In this document: positions 9,119 to 19,113 of the stretch, piece after piece | Numbering within the stretch: position 1 is the first letter of the stretch | Layout: each line of letters starts with the position of its first letter | Source of the DNA: a virus | Length of the DNA stretch: 64,000 bases | Strand: one strand, 5' to 3' | Virus record (IMG/VR): IMGVR_UViG_3300044653_000098 | Location: 32,001 to 96,000 of that record | Translations under genes and position numbers: made by a program | Notes under the pieces: model-generated | Seen by the model: the letters and a program-made list of their open reading frames with translations, nothing else | Database searches by the model: none | Told to the model about the DNA's origin: nothing

Positions 9119-12100
9119 GTGGCCCTGTCCAGTGTTGAGCTGACGCTTGATGTCTACGGTGGCTCTGGTCAGTCCATCACGCAGGGCACGGCGTTCTTCT
9201 CCCCCACGTCCTCCCTGACCGACACCACAGATCATGAGTTCATCTGGCAGACCCCCATCCCGGTGGCGCTGGAGCCTCCGGAAGGTGCAGCTGAGGACTG
9301 GCTGCCGACGGTCAGCCTGTACTCGACGGATTCGACCAACCTGAGCCCGGCTGGCTGGGCATGGACCGTCACCTTTGATGCTCCAGGAGCCCCGGAGCCG
9401 TTCAGTTTCTTCCTGCCGTACTCGGCCGGCGGCAGCCAGTACCTGTCCGAGCAGGCTCCGTATTACACCTCCCCGGTCCTCTACGGGTACATCCCGCTGC
9501 CGCCGGGCACACCGTCCGCCGGGCAGGTTCCCACCGCCACGGGCGTGGGGTCGGAGACCGTCTGGGGAGCGACCGGCTCGACGGGGCTGCCGCTTCCTGC
9601 GGGCACGGCTCAGGCCGGGTACGTGCCTGTAGCCACCGGGGCTGGCTCGGCCTCGGAGTGGTTCCCCGGCGCAGGACTCGCGCCGCTCGGCGGCAGCGGC
9701 GACGACACAGCTAACATCCAGGGGCTGCTCAACCTTGGCGGCATGGCCGCCCTGCAGGCCCTGAGCTTCAACTTCTCGGCCCCGCTGACCGTGCCGACCG
9801 GCGGCGGGATTACCTGCCCGATCGTGGCCCAGTCGTTCGGTGACCCGGGAGCCAACTACGGGATCGGCGGCCTCGCGCTGCAGGGCTGCATCCTCAAGGC
9901 GTCCTCCTCTTTCGCCGATGCCAACTCCTCGACCGGCTGCATCGTCATGACCTCCCCGAACGGAGTACAGGGCGGAGGCCAGCGGCTGGAGGGCATCAGC
10001 CTGGACCTGTCGAACACGCCCAACGGCAACAACCTCCACGGTGTGCTGGTCCAGAACAACACGGCCTGTGTGACTCTCCGGGACGTCACGGTCTACGGCG
10101 GCAACGCCCAGCTCGGGGGCGACTGCCTGCATGCCGTGGCTTCGCTGTACCAGCCCCCGGACCTGCTGAATATGGCATTCTGCCACTTCGTCGGCGGGAC
10201 CGGCGGCGTGACCATGAGCGGGGTTGCTGACACCTACGTCACGGCGTGCGAGTCGACGGGCAACAAGAACTACGCCTGGAACATCATCAACGGGAACAAC
10301 ACGAGATTCCTCGGCTGCAAGGGCGAGACCTCGAATGCCGGGCCCGGCTGGCTGTTCACCGCTGACTCAGGCTTCACTGGCGTGGTTCACCTCGCGCTGT
10401 GCACGAGCCAGAGCAACTACGGGGATGGGTTCAAGTTCACGGGGCTGGGAACCGGCACTTACCAGCTGATCGCCTGCTCCGATGATGGCTCCGGGGTCAA
10501 CGGAGGCTCTGGCGGTGGCAGCTACTCGGGGCTGAACGTCACCAGCTTCTCCGGCACGGTCGAGGCTACCGGCTGGAACACGCGGGTCAGCTCGGCTACG
10601 ACCAGCCCTGAGTATGGCGTGTCCATGACCAGCAGCAACACGCTGATCCTGACCAACGCCAACCTGGCTGGTGCGACCTCCCTGATCCATAACGGTGGCG
10701 GGAACATCAGCCTGCAGACTCCGTACAGCGGCCCGGGCCTGGCGCCGAGCGGGGACATCACCGGGGCTACGGACACAGCGGCTCTCCAGGCTGTGCTCAC
10801 CGCGGCCCCGGAAGGCAGCACTGTTTACCTGCAGGGTGGCATCTTCTACACGAATGCGCCGATCATTCACCCGCCGTGGGTGACCGTCATCGGCAACGGT
10901 GTGGTGCTCAACAACAGCTACCTGTCCGACAACCCCACAACGATCAAGCCGGTGGCTGCCTGGGCGCAGGGCAGCGCCGCAGTCGCCGCGGTCTGGCTGT
11001 CTGTGGACCAGACCACGGGCGGCTACGCGGCGGCGAGCGCGGGCCAGCAGCTCATCGGGGTCAACATCGATGGCTCGGCCGCCCCCTCCTCTGTGGACGG
11101 CTTCGACGTTTACGGCAACGTCGGCGGCGTCCAGATGGCGTATTGCTCAGCACAGTCGGTGACCGGCGGTGGCTTCAACTTCCTCTCCAGGTCCGGGAAC
11201 ATCCCGGACGGCCTGCGCCTCATTGGTCTTATGTCGGCCCGGGCCACCGGCAACAACTTCTTTTTCCAGGCCGCGGATGTGGTCGGCCACGACCTGCATG
11301 CGATCGGCAGCAATGCCGGTGACGGGTTCCGGATCATCACCTGTGCTAACAGCCACTTCTCGGACTGCCGCAGCGGCAACAACGCCGGGCACGGATGGAA
11401 CTTCGGCAACGGCACCGGCAGTGCGGCGCCGACCGGGTACATCTCGCTGCAGAACTGCAACAGCCAGCTGAACACCGAGGATGGCTGGTACGTCGACTGG
11501 ACGTCGGCTAACGGCGGCCACGTGCTCAACATGTCCGGCTGCACGTCGATCGGGGACGGAAACAACGGCGGCGCGGGCGGCGGCTCGTTCGGCGCGCTGA
11601 CGATCGTGCAGTCGACCGCGCCGATCCTGATGGACAACTTCGTCGTCATCAGCAACACCGGCACCGGGAACTGCCCGCAGTACGCGGTGAAAGCCACCAA
11701 CTGCGCCTACCTGCTGATCCGCTCCGGGATGCTCCAGGCATACAGCACCGTCTTCTACAACGGCGGGTCCAACGGCACCATTCTCATCGACCCCGGTGTG
11801 CTGACTGGCACCGGCTCGCCAACGGCACCGTCGTGGAACCCTCTCCCGGCAACGCTCAGCCCGGAGGCCCTGCCCTCCGACCACGGGTTCCTGGCGTGGA
11901 ACCTCGATCCGATGAAGGCGTCCGGCACCGGTCTCATGGTGTCCGAGACGCAGTACGTGCTCGGGGTTTTCATCCGGTCGCCCATGCTGGTGACGCACGT
12001 AACCATGGAGTCCACCGCGGGGGCGGCCGCGACCGGGTTCGTGGGTGCCGGCCTAGGTCTCTGCAGCTCTGCTGGCACGCTTCTCTCCGGCAGCGGCACG

Positions 12101-12379
12101 TCGGCATCTGTCTGGCAGACCACTGGCACGATGGAGTTCACTCTCACTACGCCGCAGCTCATCACCCCCGGTTTCTACTGGGTGATCTTCTTTGTGGAGA
12201 GCACTGGCACGATGCCTACGCTCAAGCAGAGTGGCGCTGGGAACGCAGCCAACCTGGGACTGAGCGCGTCCTCTTATCGCAGCTGCGTCAACGGGACTGC
12301 GGTCACCACTCTGGCTAGCATCACGCCGTCGGCAAACAGCCAGCTCAACCAGTTCCCGTTCCTGATAGCACTGTCGTGA
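9119..12379 (+). CDS. Tail fibre/spike with two right-handed beta-helix (pectate-lyase-like) domains, putative depolymerase
   Basis: 1,086 aa; two pectate_lyase_3-like starts (GDDTANIQGLL; DTAALQAVLTA...TVYLQGG); Asn/Gly beta-helix repeats. Confidence 0.75.
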   Translation: MALSSVELTLDVYGGSGQSITQGTAFFSPTSSLTDTTDHEFIWQTPIPVALEPPEGAAEDWLPTVSLYSTDSTNLSPAGWAWTVTFDAPGAPEPFSFFLPYSAGGSQYLSEQAPYYTSPVLYGYIPLPPGTPSAGQVPTATGVGSETVWGATGSTGLPLPAGTAQAGYVPVATGAGSASEWFPGAGLAPLGGSGDDTANIQGLLNLGGMAALQALSFNFSAPLTVPTGGGITCPIVAQSFGDPGANYGIGGLALQGCILKASSSFADANSSTGCIVMTSPNGVQGGGQRLEGISLDLSNTPNGNNLHGVLVQNNTACVTLRDVTVYGGNAQLGGDCLHAVASLYQPPDLLNMAFCHFVGGTGGVTMSGVADTYVTACESTGNKNYAWNIINGNNTRFLGCKGETSNAGPGWLFTADSGFTGVVHLALCTSQSNYGDGFKFTGLGTGTYQLIACSDDGSGVNGGSGGGSYSGLNVTSFSGTVEATGWNTRVSSATTSPEYGVSMTSSNTLILTNANLAGATSLIHNGGGNISLQTPYSGPGLAPSGDITGATDTAALQAVLTAAPEGSTVYLQGGIFYTNAPIIHPPWVTVIGNGVVLNNSYLSDNPTTIKPVAAWAQGSAAVAAVWLSVDQTTGGYAAASAGQQLIGVNIDGSAAPSSVDGFDVYGNVGGVQMAYCSAQSVTGGGFNFLSRSGNIPDGLRLIGLMSARATGNNFFFQAADVVGHDLHAIGSNAGDGFRIITCANSHFSDCRSGNNAGHGWNFGNGTGSAAPTGYISLQNCNSQLNTEDGWYVDWTSANGGHVLNMSGCTSIGDGNNGGAGGGSFGALTIVQSTAPILMDNFVVISNTGTGNCPQYAVKATNCAYLLIRSGMLQAYSTVFYNGGSNGTILIDPGVLTGTGSPTAPSWNPLPATLSPEALPSDHGFLAWNLDPMKASGTGLMVSETQYVLGVFIRSPMLVTHVTMESTAGAAATGFVGAGLGLCSSAGTLLSGSGTSASVWQTTGTMEFTLTTPQLITPGFYWVIFFVESTGTMPTLKQSGAGNAANLGLSASSYRSCVNGTAVTTLASITPSANSQLNQFPFLIALS

Positions 12380-12634
12380 TCAGCTGGGAAGCTCCCGCAC
12401 AGGCGGCGGCCGCATCGGCCCGTGGAACTGCACGCCCTCCCCGCGGAACTCCCCCGGAGGGTCGTGGTCCAGGAATGCCCCGGGAGGAAACTTCAGCGCA
12501 TGTGCGCACCCGTGTTCAGCGCAGCGTGCCTGCACCACAAAGTCCCCGTCGTCGGCCTGTCCCCATTCCCAGCCGACCAGCTGGGCATCTTCGACGTCAA
12601 AGATGGGCAGGCACTCACCCTGGCCGCTGCTCAT
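12380..12634 (-). CDS. Hypothetical protein between the fibre genes
   Basis: 84-aa ORF filling the gap; no SD seen. Confidence 0.3.
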   Translation of the reverse strand: MSSGQGECLPIFDVEDAQLVGWEWGQADDGDFVVQARCAEHGCAHALKFPPGAFLDHDPPGEFRGEGVQFHGPMRPPPVRELPS

Positions 12635-12672
12635 ACAGCCAGGGTAGGGGTCGCTGACCCGATTAACCGTGC

Positions 12673-14238
12673 ATGGCGCTCAACCAGGTTGTCCTGACGC
12701 TTGACGTTTACAACGGCGCGGGCAGCCTCGTTCAGGAGGGCTCTGCCTTCCTCACGCCGTCGAGTCCGCTGACCGACCCCACCGACCATCTCTACATCTG
12801 GCAGACGCCGATCTCTGTCTCCCTGGTGCCCCCGGAGGGCGCCGCGGAGGACTGGATGCCGACGGTCACGCTCTACAGCTGCGATAGCTCCAATCTCAGC
12901 CCGGGCGGATGGGCGTGGCAGATCAGTTTCCAGGCGCCCGGTGCGCCTCCTGGGTTCAATTTCTTCCTGAACTACTCCAACGGCGCTGACCAGTATCTGG
13001 ACGATCAGACCCCTGTCTACAGTGTGACTACGATGCAGGGGTACCTGCAGTACCCGACGGGCACGCCGTCCAACGGCAACGTCCCTACCTACGAGAGCGG
13101 CGCGATCCAGTGGGGCTCGGGCGGTGGTGGCGGGGGCATGTCGAACCCGATGACCACGCTCGGGGACATCATCGCCGGCGGGGCTTCCGGCTCTCCTGCC
13201 CGTGTGGCCGGGCCGACCGCGTCTGAGGGCGTGCTGACCAGCACACCGTCCGGCGGCGTGGCCCAGGACCCGGTCTGGACCACCCTGCAGGCCCTGCAGA
13301 ACGCGCAGGCCGGCGGCGTCACCTCCGGTGACTACCTGCGGGGCAACGGCACGAACATCCTTCTGGCCGCGCTGCAGGCTGCCGATCTGACCGGAACGGT
13401 CAGCGCTGCCCAGGGCGGCACCGGGCAGACCAGCTTGCAGGCAGCGATCAACTCCCTGGCCGGCGGTGTCACCAGCGGGGATTACCTGCGCGGGAACGGG
13501 ACTAATATCCTGCTCTCCGCGATCCAGGCAGCTGACCTGCCCACCGGCACCACCTCGGCCAAAGGCGCGCTGCAGCTCGATGGCACAGCCATCGACATCC
13601 AGCCTTTTGGCTTGGTGCCCGCGGCCGGCGGGAACGGCCTGTCCGCCGACTCCGGTCATGTCCACCCGCTGCCCGACGTCTTCTACGGCAACATGGGCTC
13701 GGTCCTGGCCTGGAACTACCCGCCGTCCCAGATCAGCACCTCCAGCGCGACCGGGGGCACACCGGGCACCAACGCGACGGTCTACTTCCTGCAGATACCG
13801 GTGGCCTATGCGAAGACCATCACTGACCTGAACTTCGGCATCGTCACCGCGGCGACAGGCACGATTACGCACGCCTATGCCGGGCTGGTGAACTCCTCCG
13901 GGCTCGTCGTGGCGGAGTCGGCGGACCGTGCCTCCGACGCCGCGCTCACCACGTCCTCGTCGCTGTGGAGCCCGCCGCTGTCCTCGACCTATGCGGCGGC
14001 GGCCGGAACCTATTATGCGTTCCTGTGGATCCTGATGGCCGGCGGTGGCTCCCCGCCCGCCATCGCCCGGTGCGCGGCCAACGGCGGCGTCACGACCCTG
14101 CTGAACCTGGGCACAGTCTCGGGTTCCTACCGGTTCAGCCAGCTCGCCAGCCAGACCGCGATCCAGACCGTCGGCAACAGCTACACGCTGACGTCGAATG
14201 CTATCTCCAGCTTCTCTGCCTGGTGCGCGCTGACGTGA
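12673..14238 (+). CDS. Second tail fibre, paralogous N- and C-terminal domains to 9119..12379
   Basis: First ~130 aa nearly identical (LTLDVY.G.G...IWQTPI.V.L.PPEGAAEDW.PTV.LYS.DS.NLSP.GWAW). Confidence 0.75.
   Translation: MALNQVVLTLDVYNGAGSLVQEGSAFLTPSSPLTDPTDHLYIWQTPISVSLVPPEGAAEDWMPTVTLYSCDSSNLSPGGWAWQISFQAPGAPPGFNFFLNYSNGADQYLDDQTPVYSVTTMQGYLQYPTGTPSNGNVPTYESGAIQWGSGGGGGGMSNPMTTLGDIIAGGASGSPARVAGPTASEGVLTSTPSGGVAQDPVWTTLQALQNAQAGGVTSGDYLRGNGTNILLAALQAADLTGTVSAAQGGTGQTSLQAAINSLAGGVTSGDYLRGNGTNILLSAIQAADLPTGTTSAKGALQLDGTAIDIQPFGLVPAAGGNGLSADSGHVHPLPDVFYGNMGSVLAWNYPPSQISTSSATGGTPGTNATVYFLQIPVAYAKTITDLNFGIVTAATGTITHAYAGLVNSSGLVVAESADRASDAALTTSSSLWSPPLSSTYAAAAGTYYAFLWILMAGGGSPPAIARCAANGGVTTLLNLGTVSGSYRFSQLASQTAIQTVGNSYTLTSNAISSFSAWCALT
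13309..13542 (+). repeat. Internal duplication in fibre 2 (AGGVTSGDYLRGNGTNILL.A.QAADL x2)
   Basis: Two 27-aa copies starting at 13309 and 13459 with synonymous divergence. Confidence 0.85.
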
Positions 14239-14303
14239 GGTGCTGAACCTGCTGTAGCATTTTCATTGCGGGTTGCTATCCCAGGTTCACCCGTATAGAA
14301 GGT

Positions 14304-14813
14304 ATGCGCACTGACGACACAGATCCCGTGATGAAGCAGGCCCTCGATGCGGCCAAGACCCAGCTGAGGCAGCAGGTCCGCATCCGCGCTGCTGCGGAAA
14401 CCCGTATCGGGCAGCTTCAGGCTACGGTCGCCTCGCTGACCGCCGCGGTGCACGGCCAGAGGCCGCCGGGAACCGGGGAAGTGATCAAGGGGTTCCTGGA
14501 CCGCCTGCAGCCGGGAGAGGATATCGACGTTGCCGAGCTGGTCAGGTACGGGCGGTCCGTGAACTGGGTCTCGACCTCCCCGGAGGAGCGCACGGCGCTG
14601 ATCGGCCGGCTGTCCCGGTGGGCTCTGGAGGGCCGCGTTGCCCGGGCTGATAGCCACCGGGCCGGCCGGTACCGGAAGCTGACCGAGGAGGAGCAGGCTG
14701 CCTACGAGGCCGCGGAGGAGGAGCGCCTGCGGAACATGCCCGTGGTCACCCGCACCCGCGGCTCCCAGGGACGGCCGGGAGGCCGGTATCCCAGTAGACA
14801 CGTGTCAACCTGA
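14304..14813 (+). CDS. Hypothetical protein (coiled coil plus possible winged helix)
   Basis: 169 aa; its 3' end contains the first palindrome copy. Confidence 0.5.
   Translation: MRTDDTDPVMKQALDAAKTQLRQQVRIRAAAETRIGQLQATVASLTAAVHGQRPPGTGEVIKGFLDRLQPGEDIDVAELVRYGRSVNWVSTSPEERTALIGRLSRWALEGRVARADSHRAGRYRKLTEEEQAAYEAAEEERLRNMPVVTRTRGSQGRPGGRYPSRHVST
14793..14810. promoter_or_regulatory. Cassette palindrome copy 1 (TAGACA-N18-TAGAGT on +)
   Basis: AGTAGACACGTGTCAACC; -10 at 14819-14824, ATG at 14832. Confidence 0.8.
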
Positions 14814-14831
14814 TCCGCTAGAGTTCTCCCC

Positions 14832-15107
14832 ATGATGAATCTTCCGGTAGACGAGTTCTGCGATGGTTGCGGCCAGCCGGCTGGCCTGTGCGGTGGCGAG
14901 TGCAGCCCTGACCTCATCGAGTACACCCCCATAATCCGGTATGCCGACGAGGTTCTGCATCTGGTCAATACCGAAGGCCGGCCGGTGCTGCTCGATCGCC
15001 ATCCGTCCCCGCACGTGCGCGTGCCGGTCGGGCTCTTCGAGATCACCCGCCACGGGCCCAGGGTCCGCCGGACCCCGGTGCAGCCGCGGGAATGGTGGGA
15101 GGACTAG
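14832..15107 (+). CDS. Hypothetical protein with Cys-rich N-terminus
   Basis: Apparently leaderless, downstream of the palindrome promoter. Confidence 0.5.
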   Translation: MMNLPVDEFCDGCGQPAGLCGGECSPDLIEYTPIIRYADEVLHLVNTEGRPVLLDRHPSPHVRVPVGLFEITRHGPRVRRTPVQPREWWED

Positions 15108-15438
15108 CACGCTACCCTGATCAGCTCCAGGTGGTCAGTCGGCGTTTCCTGTAATCCTCCCCACGCGCTCAGCCGTCCACCTTTCATCAGCATGCGCGCG
15201 TGGAGGTGGGGAGTGGTTGCCCGGTCCGTCCGCAAGATCGTCAAGACCCAGCGTGAGCTGAGGGAGGAATGCCTCGGCGCCGGGCACTGGGTCATCGAAG
15301 GTTACGACGTGCACCGGGCGACCGGCTCTGGCTCGGTGAAGCGGTGGCTCATAAACGATCCCCGCGGTAACAGGGTCGGCCAGCCGGCCACACTTGGACA
15401 GGCACGGCAAATGATCAGAGATCTGCTAGGGGAGTTAC

Positions 15439-15744
15439 GTGGTGTGGGCAGCGCTGACCATCTACAGCCTCATCGGCGGCACGATGGTGTTCTTTGTGTG
15501 GGCAGGGCTCACCGGCCAGCTGCCGTACCTGTTCGGCGCCAGCCCTGAACGCAGAGAGCAGCGCCGCCGCTACCGGCAGGTGATGCGCTGCCGCACCGTC
15601 CGGGCCCAGTCGGCCATGCTCCAGGAGGCGTGCCCGGAAGAGCACGGCAACGGCCATGTGGTGCTGTGGGCCGATCACAAGCCCTCCGCGGTCCGGCTCG
15701 ACCTGCTGTGGGGCCTGTTCACCTTCACCCGCGATCCAAGTTGA
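15439..15744 (+). CDS. Small membrane-anchored hypothetical protein
   Basis: N-terminal hydrophobic helix; GGGGAG upstream. Confidence 0.5.
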   Translation: MVWAALTIYSLIGGTMVFFVWAGLTGQLPYLFGASPERREQRRRYRQVMRCRTVRAQSAMLQEACPEEHGNGHVVLWADHKPSAVRLDLLWGLFTFTRDPS

Positions 15745-15756
15745 CACGTGTCTACC
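15739..15756. promoter_or_regulatory. Cassette palindrome copy 2 (TTGACA-N18-TAGTCT on +)
   Basis: AGTTGACACGTGTCTACC; -10 at 15765-15770. Confidence 0.85.
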
Positions 15757-15813
15757 AGCTTCGGTAGTCTGGTGCCCTGTTAAGAATCTGCTGGACGGTC
15801 TTTGGAGGGCGCC

Positions 15814-16092
15814 ATGCCACGTTGGCCAGACGATCCAACTGCGACACGTCCTCCCGGCATGTACCGCGATCCTGGGGAGCGGCGCGTGAGCGTTGCGCAG
15901 GCCAGGATCGCGCTGGCCCTGGAGAACCTTCAGGCCGAGCATGGCCTGACGACTATCGAGATGCTCCAGGCGATCACCTCCTGGCAGCAGACCGCCATCA
16001 AGTTCATGCTGCGGGCCGAGCGCGGGGCTCCGGGTGAGCCCGCGGAGGATCGTCTTATCGATCCTGAAGACGCCGTGAGCCCAGGGCTGTGA
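15814..16092 (+). CDS. Hypothetical protein
   Basis: GGAGGG before ATG; first of a run of overlapping genes ending in whiB. Confidence 0.5.
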   Translation: MPRWPDDPTATRPPGMYRDPGERRVSVAQARIALALENLQAEHGLTTIEMLQAITSWQQTAIKFMLRAERGAPGEPAEDRLIDPEDAVSPGL

Positions 16093-16274
16093 ACGGCCAC
16101 TGCCGGCAGCCGGAGTGCACGGCCACCTACGGCGCGCATAAGTGGGGCAAGATCCGGGCTCACAGTGAGGGCTGGTTCTTTCCCGATGACGCCGAGCCCG
16201 GTGGCTGGTGCCCGGATCACCTGCCCGAGTGGGTGCCGGACTGGCGCGCTCGCAAGTCGGCGGCCCGCGGATGA
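16089..16274 (+). CDS. Small Cys/His protein
   Basis: CRQPEC...WCPDH; start/stop overlaps on both sides. Confidence 0.5.
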   Translation: MNGHCRQPECTATYGAHKWGKIRAHSEGWFFPDDAEPGGWCPDHLPEWVPDWRARKSAARG

Positions 16275-16534
16275 ACCGGGTCCAGCTTGATCAGCAGGCT
16301 GAGCTTCTGGCCGAGGAGCTGTGGCGTGAGCTTGCCGGGCAGACGATGAAGAAATGGATGCTGCTCACGGGTGAGATGGTCGCTACCCCGGAGTGGGAGG
16401 CGTTCCGGGCCAAGGTCTTCGTCAGAGTAGAGAGCAGGATGAACAACTGGCTGCCCGCCGTCGAGGAGCTGCCCAATGGCCAGGCGCTGTCTGAGCCGGT
16501 CCCAGAGCGCCGCAGGCGCCGGGGGCGGATGTGA
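16271..16534 (+). CDS. Hypothetical protein
   Basis: ATGA overlap; MNRVQLDQQAELL... Confidence 0.5.
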   Translation: MNRVQLDQQAELLAEELWRELAGQTMKKWMLLTGEMVATPEWEAFRAKVFVRVESRMNNWLPAVEELPNGQALSEPVPERRRRRGRM

Positions 16535-16709
16535 CTAAGAGAGGCGCGTTCCCTGCGGGTAAGCACCAGGCTGCGCTCCGGCAGTCGGGGCGGTTCGTTG
16601 AGCACCCGGAAGACTGTGACTGCCGTCGGTGCAGGCGTCTGCGCAAGGCGTTCCTCCGGCGCTCTACGCCCCCCACAGACCCTCTGGGGCGCCCGATCGG
16701 CGGCCCTAG

Positions 16710-17030
16710 GTGAGCGTCTACCTCATCCACTTCGCCCGCCCGTTTGGCCCTGAGGGCGCCCCAGCGGGCAGCACGGCCCAGCACTACATCGGCAGCTCGC
16801 CCGAGTACCGGCTGAAGGCTCGCCTCCGCGAGGAGCTGACCGGCTGCGCGGCCGCCGCACGGCTCATGCAGCATGTGGTCGCCGCGGGTATCGCCTGTGA
16901 GGTCGTGCGGACATGGCCGGGCGGCCGCAAGCGGGAGCGCCAGCTCAAGACTCAGGGCAGCGCCCGCCGGCTGTGCCCGGCGTGCGGGGTCAGGCCCGGC
17001 AAGGGCTGGACAGTCAGGAGCGTGAAATGA
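16710..17030 (+). CDS. Small GIY-YIG-like endonuclease
   Basis: VYLIHF...HYIG...RL...ERQLK pattern, C-terminal CPAC. Confidence 0.65.
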   Translation: MSVYLIHFARPFGPEGAPAGSTAQHYIGSSPEYRLKARLREELTGCAAAARLMQHVVAAGIACEVVRTWPGGRKRERQLKTQGSARRLCPACGVRPGKGWTVRSVK

Positions 17031-17163
17031 TCACTGTTCTCGTGGCGTGCGCGCTCGGGCTGGTCCTTGCCGGAGGCATCTTCTGGTTTGCGTGGTGGAC
17101 GACTAAGCCGCTCCGGGGCTACATGGTTACCCGCGGCTGGCCGGCCAACCGGGTGCGCCGCCC

Positions 17164-17424
17164 GTGAGGTTCCTCGACACCAGCTGGCACGAGCGGGCCA
17201 AGTGCAAGGATGCTGACCCCAACCTGTTCTTCACCAAGGCGGGCCAGCACGCGGACGAGGCCAAGGCTCTGTGCGATGGCTGCCCGGTCAGGGAGCAGTG
17301 CCTGGAGGAAGCTCTGGGGATGTCTGCCACGTGTGACTTCGGGATCAGGGGCGGGCTGTCGCAGAAAGAGCGTCAGGCGATAAGAAAGGCCCGGCGCACG
17401 GCCGAGACCAGACTCTCAGCTTAA
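17164..17424 (+). CDS. whiB: WhiB-family transcription factor
   Basis: W..RAKC...P.LFF...AK.LCDGCPVREQCLE.AL...GIRGGLS..ER. Confidence 0.93.
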   Translation: MRFLDTSWHERAKCKDADPNLFFTKAGQHADEAKALCDGCPVREQCLEEALGMSATCDFGIRGGLSQKERQAIRKARRTAETRLSA

Positions 17425-17608
17425 CACTCAGGCAAGCGCAGGTCAGGGGCATAAATCTGTGGCCCGCCCGGCATAGCGCCCAAGCGGGCCACGAGTTTAG
17501 CGTGTGTGCTGTAGTCGATGGTGGCTGGGATCTGGTGCAGTTCCCACGTCGGTGCAGCCGAGGAGGTGAGTCAGGCGGGCAGTTTGGCCGCTGCCCGCCT
17601 GGCAAGCC

Positions 17609-18034
17609 CTACCAGATCTCCGGACCGGCCGGTGTCGCGGTCACCGTGATGAGCGCCATGTACTTCCCCTCCGAGACGTTCACGGTTCGCTTAATCGTGT
17701 AGTCGGTCGGGTAGCTCAGCTCGACCCCGGTGCCAAAGATCTCGAACGCCTGCTTGTGGGCGTAAGCCTGGATCGCCTCGTTGTCGTCCCCGTAGGCCCG
17801 GATCTCGGCGGAAGGGGCTAGGCGCTCGCGTGCCCGCACGTCCACCCGGGCGATGAAGCCCTGGCTGCGGTCCTCTCTGGAGACCGGGTTGGCTGAGTAG
17901 CCGGCGATCTCCAGCACCGTGCCGTGGCCGAAGAACTCCAGCGCCTCGTCCAGCGCGGCGTTCTCGATCTCGTGCGCTCCGGGTCCGCGGATGATGGTTT
18001 GGTAGATGCGCTCGTCCTTGGTGTCGTCGTTCAT
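17609..18034 (-). CDS. Hypothetical protein with an apparent internal two-fold repeat
   Basis: ALDEALEFFG / AHKQAFEIFG; AGGAGG SD. Confidence 0.55.
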   Translation of the reverse strand: MNDDTKDERIYQTIIRGPGAHEIENAALDEALEFFGHGTVLEIAGYSANPVSREDRSQGFIARVDVRARERLAPSAEIRAYGDDNEAIQAYAHKQAFEIFGTGVELSYPTDYTIKRTVNVSEGKYMALITVTATPAGPEIW

Positions 18035-18046
18035 GGGCGGTACCTC

Positions 18047-18661
18047 CTAGGTGGGCCGGAGCGGGTTCAGCTCGTCTTCCAGTCGGCCGACGAGCTTGTG
18101 CAGCTCGTCCAGCGTGAAACTCATCCGGTCGTCGTGGCGGTAGTCCCTCAGCACTTCGATGCCCAGCACTTCCAGGCGGGCTGAGAGGTCGTCGCGCTGG
18201 AGCTGGAGCCGGTTGCGTGCCGCGGTGGCTTCCTCCCGCTGGCGCCGGTCGTTGTCTTCCTGCCGGGCCATCTGCTGCATCACCTCGTCGTAGAGCCCGG
18301 TGACCGAGGCCATGCGGGTCAGCAGGGTGAGGTAGATCCCGGCGTCAGCGTGCTGCTGTGCCAGCCCCGTGGTGACCGCGGTCGGCTTGATCCTCATCAT
18401 CGTGGCGATCTGGTCCGGCAGGGCGTTCTGGCGCCCGATCAGCACCGGGTAGCCGACCGCGGGGGAGTAGGTGGGCCGCCCGGCTGCCGGCTTGGTGTAG
18501 CCTGCGTCGCCGGCCACCAGATATGCGGGATCGGAGGGCAGGTCGCCGCGCCATCTCTGGCGGTAGAGCGTGCTGGACAGAAACACCAGCGGCTGTGGGT
18601 GATTCCACGACCGGTTCTGGTATGCGTAGACGATGCCTAGTTTGATGTCCTGTTTCCTCAT
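18047..18661 (-). CDS. Hypothetical protein
   Basis: 204 aa, GGAGG SD, C-terminal coiled coil. Confidence 0.6.
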   Translation of the reverse strand: MRKQDIKLGIVYAYQNRSWNHPQPLVFLSSTLYRQRWRGDLPSDPAYLVAGDAGYTKPAAGRPTYSPAVGYPVLIGRQNALPDQIATMMRIKPTAVTTGLAQQHADAGIYLTLLTRMASVTGLYDEVMQQMARQEDNDRRQREEATAARNRLQLQRDDLSARLEVLGIEVLRDYRHDDRMSFTLDELHKLVGRLEDELNPLRPT

Positions 18662-19108
18662 CTATGCCTCCTCCTGGAGCTTGGCCAGCCCGGCGTCGGT
18701 GAGCCCGTACTGGAGCCGGTGCATTGTGGGTGTTCCGAAAGACCGCACCGTGCTGTCGAGCAGGCCGAGGCGCACCAGCCTCTGGGCCAAGCCCGCCATT
18801 CTGGCCGGGGTGCCCTCCAGCGCTTCCGCGAGCATGACGTGTGTGGTGGCACCCTCGTGCACGGCGTTGAGCACCCACCACAGGTTGTCGGCCATCCGCC
18901 TGCCCCATCTCACGTGCAGCAGCGCTGCGCAGATGTCGCGCTGGTCTGTGCGAGCCTGCTCCAGCACCTGCTGCAGTGTGTCGATGTTCCGGATCTTGAT
19001 CATCCCGATCTCGCCGGCCGCGAGGATCCACACACCGCCCTGGTCGTCCACACCGATTTGTGCTTCCGACTCGGGTACGTCGTAGAGGATCTTCATGCCC
19101 TGGTCCAT
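18662..19108 (-). CDS. Putative MarR-like winged-helix DNA-binding protein
   Basis: WVLNAVHEGATTHVMLAEALE...LAQRLVRLGLL...YGLTDAG. Confidence 0.55.
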   Translation of the reverse strand: MDQGMKILYDVPESEAQIGVDDQGGVWILAAGEIGMIKIRNIDTLQQVLEQARTDQRDICAALLHVRWGRRMADNLWWVLNAVHEGATTHVMLAEALEGTPARMAGLAQRLVRLGLLDSTVRSFGTPTMHRLQYGLTDAGLAKLQEEA

Positions 19109-19113
19109 AGTGA

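Noticed and set aside
9119-14238. Diversity-generating retroelement or invertible fibre switch
   Set aside because: No reverse transcriptase or invertase; repeats differ at synonymous positions, not adenines; genes are co-oriented.
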